The notes under the pieces were generated by a model. That model saw only the letters and a program-made list of their open reading frames with translations, was not told the DNA's origin and ran no database searches. DNA of 63,010 nt, the filler included, from Pirum gemmata (lineage: Eukaryota), in NCBI GenBank assembly GCA_002812295.1. It is 29 parts of 29 records of this genome, joined end to end, with 100 filler letters (N's around TTAATTAATTAA, not from the genome) between each part and the next. Parts side by side here need not be neighbours in the genome. Positions count along the whole stretch, not along the records: positions 61,044 to 63,010 come from PDIN01009559.1; 28 more parts are not named here. The stretch is one strand, 5' to 3'. Below, piece after piece: positions 62,118 through 63,010 of this stretch. Made by a program: the position numbers and the translations under genes. How positions within the stretch are numbered: position 1 is the stretch's first letter; every line of letters starts with the position of its first letter.

Positions 62118-63010
62118 GTAAGTTTAAATAACTATTACAAAAGAAAATCAAAAAGGAATTTGTTGTTGTTGTCGTATGTAGGTTGTTGGTTAGTGGGGGG
62201 TTTCGGGTGTGTTTGTGGTTGTTGTTCTTGTTGTTGTTCTTGTTGTTCTTGTTGTTCTTGTTATTCTTGTTCGTGTTCTTGTTGTTGTTCTTGTTCTTGT
62301 TCTTGTTCTTGTACTTGTTCTTGTTCTTGTTGTTCTTGTTCTTGTTGTCCTTGTTGTTCTTGCTGTTCTTGTTGTTCTTGTTGTTCTTGTTGTTCTTGTT
62401 GTTCGTGCTGTTGTTGTTCTTATTCTTGTTGTGTTGTTGTTGTTGTTGTTGTTGTTGTTCTTTTTGTTCTTGTCTTTTTTGTTGATATTGTTGTCTTTGT
62501 TATTGTTGTCGTTGTTGTTGTTGTTAGGAGAGGTTAACTTTAGGGTGGAGGGGTGGAGGGGGGTTCTTCGTTCTTCATTGAATTACCAATATTGTGTTTA
62601 TTACCATTCGGAACGTATAGGTTCGAAAAAAATAAAATATCGAAATTGCAGGTTACAAAAATATTCAACTCTCAAAAGTGCAGCTAGTTGGAAGAAGGGT
62701 GGAGAGGGGTTTAACTTTTTTTCTTTTATTACATATTATTAGTATTTTGTTTGTTTCTATTTATTATTTTTATTACTGTTTATATATATATATATATATA
62801 TATATGTCAGTGTCATTATCTAAGTTTATTTAACATTTTCTTTTATTCAAGGATTTAGCTTTAAGGGGTAAGTCAAAAAAAGTATTCAAAGTAAAAACTA
62901 CCTCGGAAAAAAACGTGAAAGCTGTCCAAAACGGTATCATTTGTGAAATTGAATTGAATTTTTTTCTTATAAATATAAATAGTGTCGATTATTATTATTA
63001 TTATTATTAT

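Noticed and set aside
62118..62537. Metallothionein-like Cys-rich tail of ORF 61923..62537
   Set aside because: Lies after a perfect GTAAGT donor and is a (TTG/TTC)n microsatellite open in all frames.
1..63010. A multi-gene system inferred from neighbouring genes (e.g. D5 helicase with J-protein and receptors)
   Set aside because: The genes are on separate contigs joined artificially, so adjacency is uninformative.

Overview
This window is not one locus. It is 29 short, mostly ~2 kb, contigs or scaffolds of a very AT-rich, microsatellite-laden eukaryotic draft genome, joined by 28 artificial 100-bp spacers (N44-TTAATTAATTAA-N44). Gene neighbourhoods across spacers carry no meaning. Recognisable spliced (GT-AG) gene pieces are a transgelin/calponin, an SLC25 mitochondrial carrier, a divergent beta-tubulin, proteasome alpha-6, a bubblegum-type acyl-CoA synthetase, an ARID1/SWI1-like C-terminus, a SelM/Sep15-like protein and a Cys-rich/LRR single-pass receptor with a kinase-less Tyr-motif tail. 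A Phactr/Bni4-type PP1-binding ORF and two intronless transporters (GLUT-type and DMT-type) are also present. Repeats include two decayed LINEs, Ty1/copia scraps, a decayed D5-like viral primase-helicase, at least five MITE families, foldbacks and interstitial TTAGGG-type repeats. The gene content suggests a unicellular holozoan, possibly an ichthyosporean, but that is inference. The most striking unexplained signal is a recurrent scar: an 8-bp direct repeat split by ACT/AGT (seven exact cases plus variants, three of them absent from the opposite arm of a palindrome). It occurs alongside dense CTAG/TAGCTA fields and looks like the excision footprint of an unidentified DNA transposon. All family assignments come from motif recognition by eye, not database searches.
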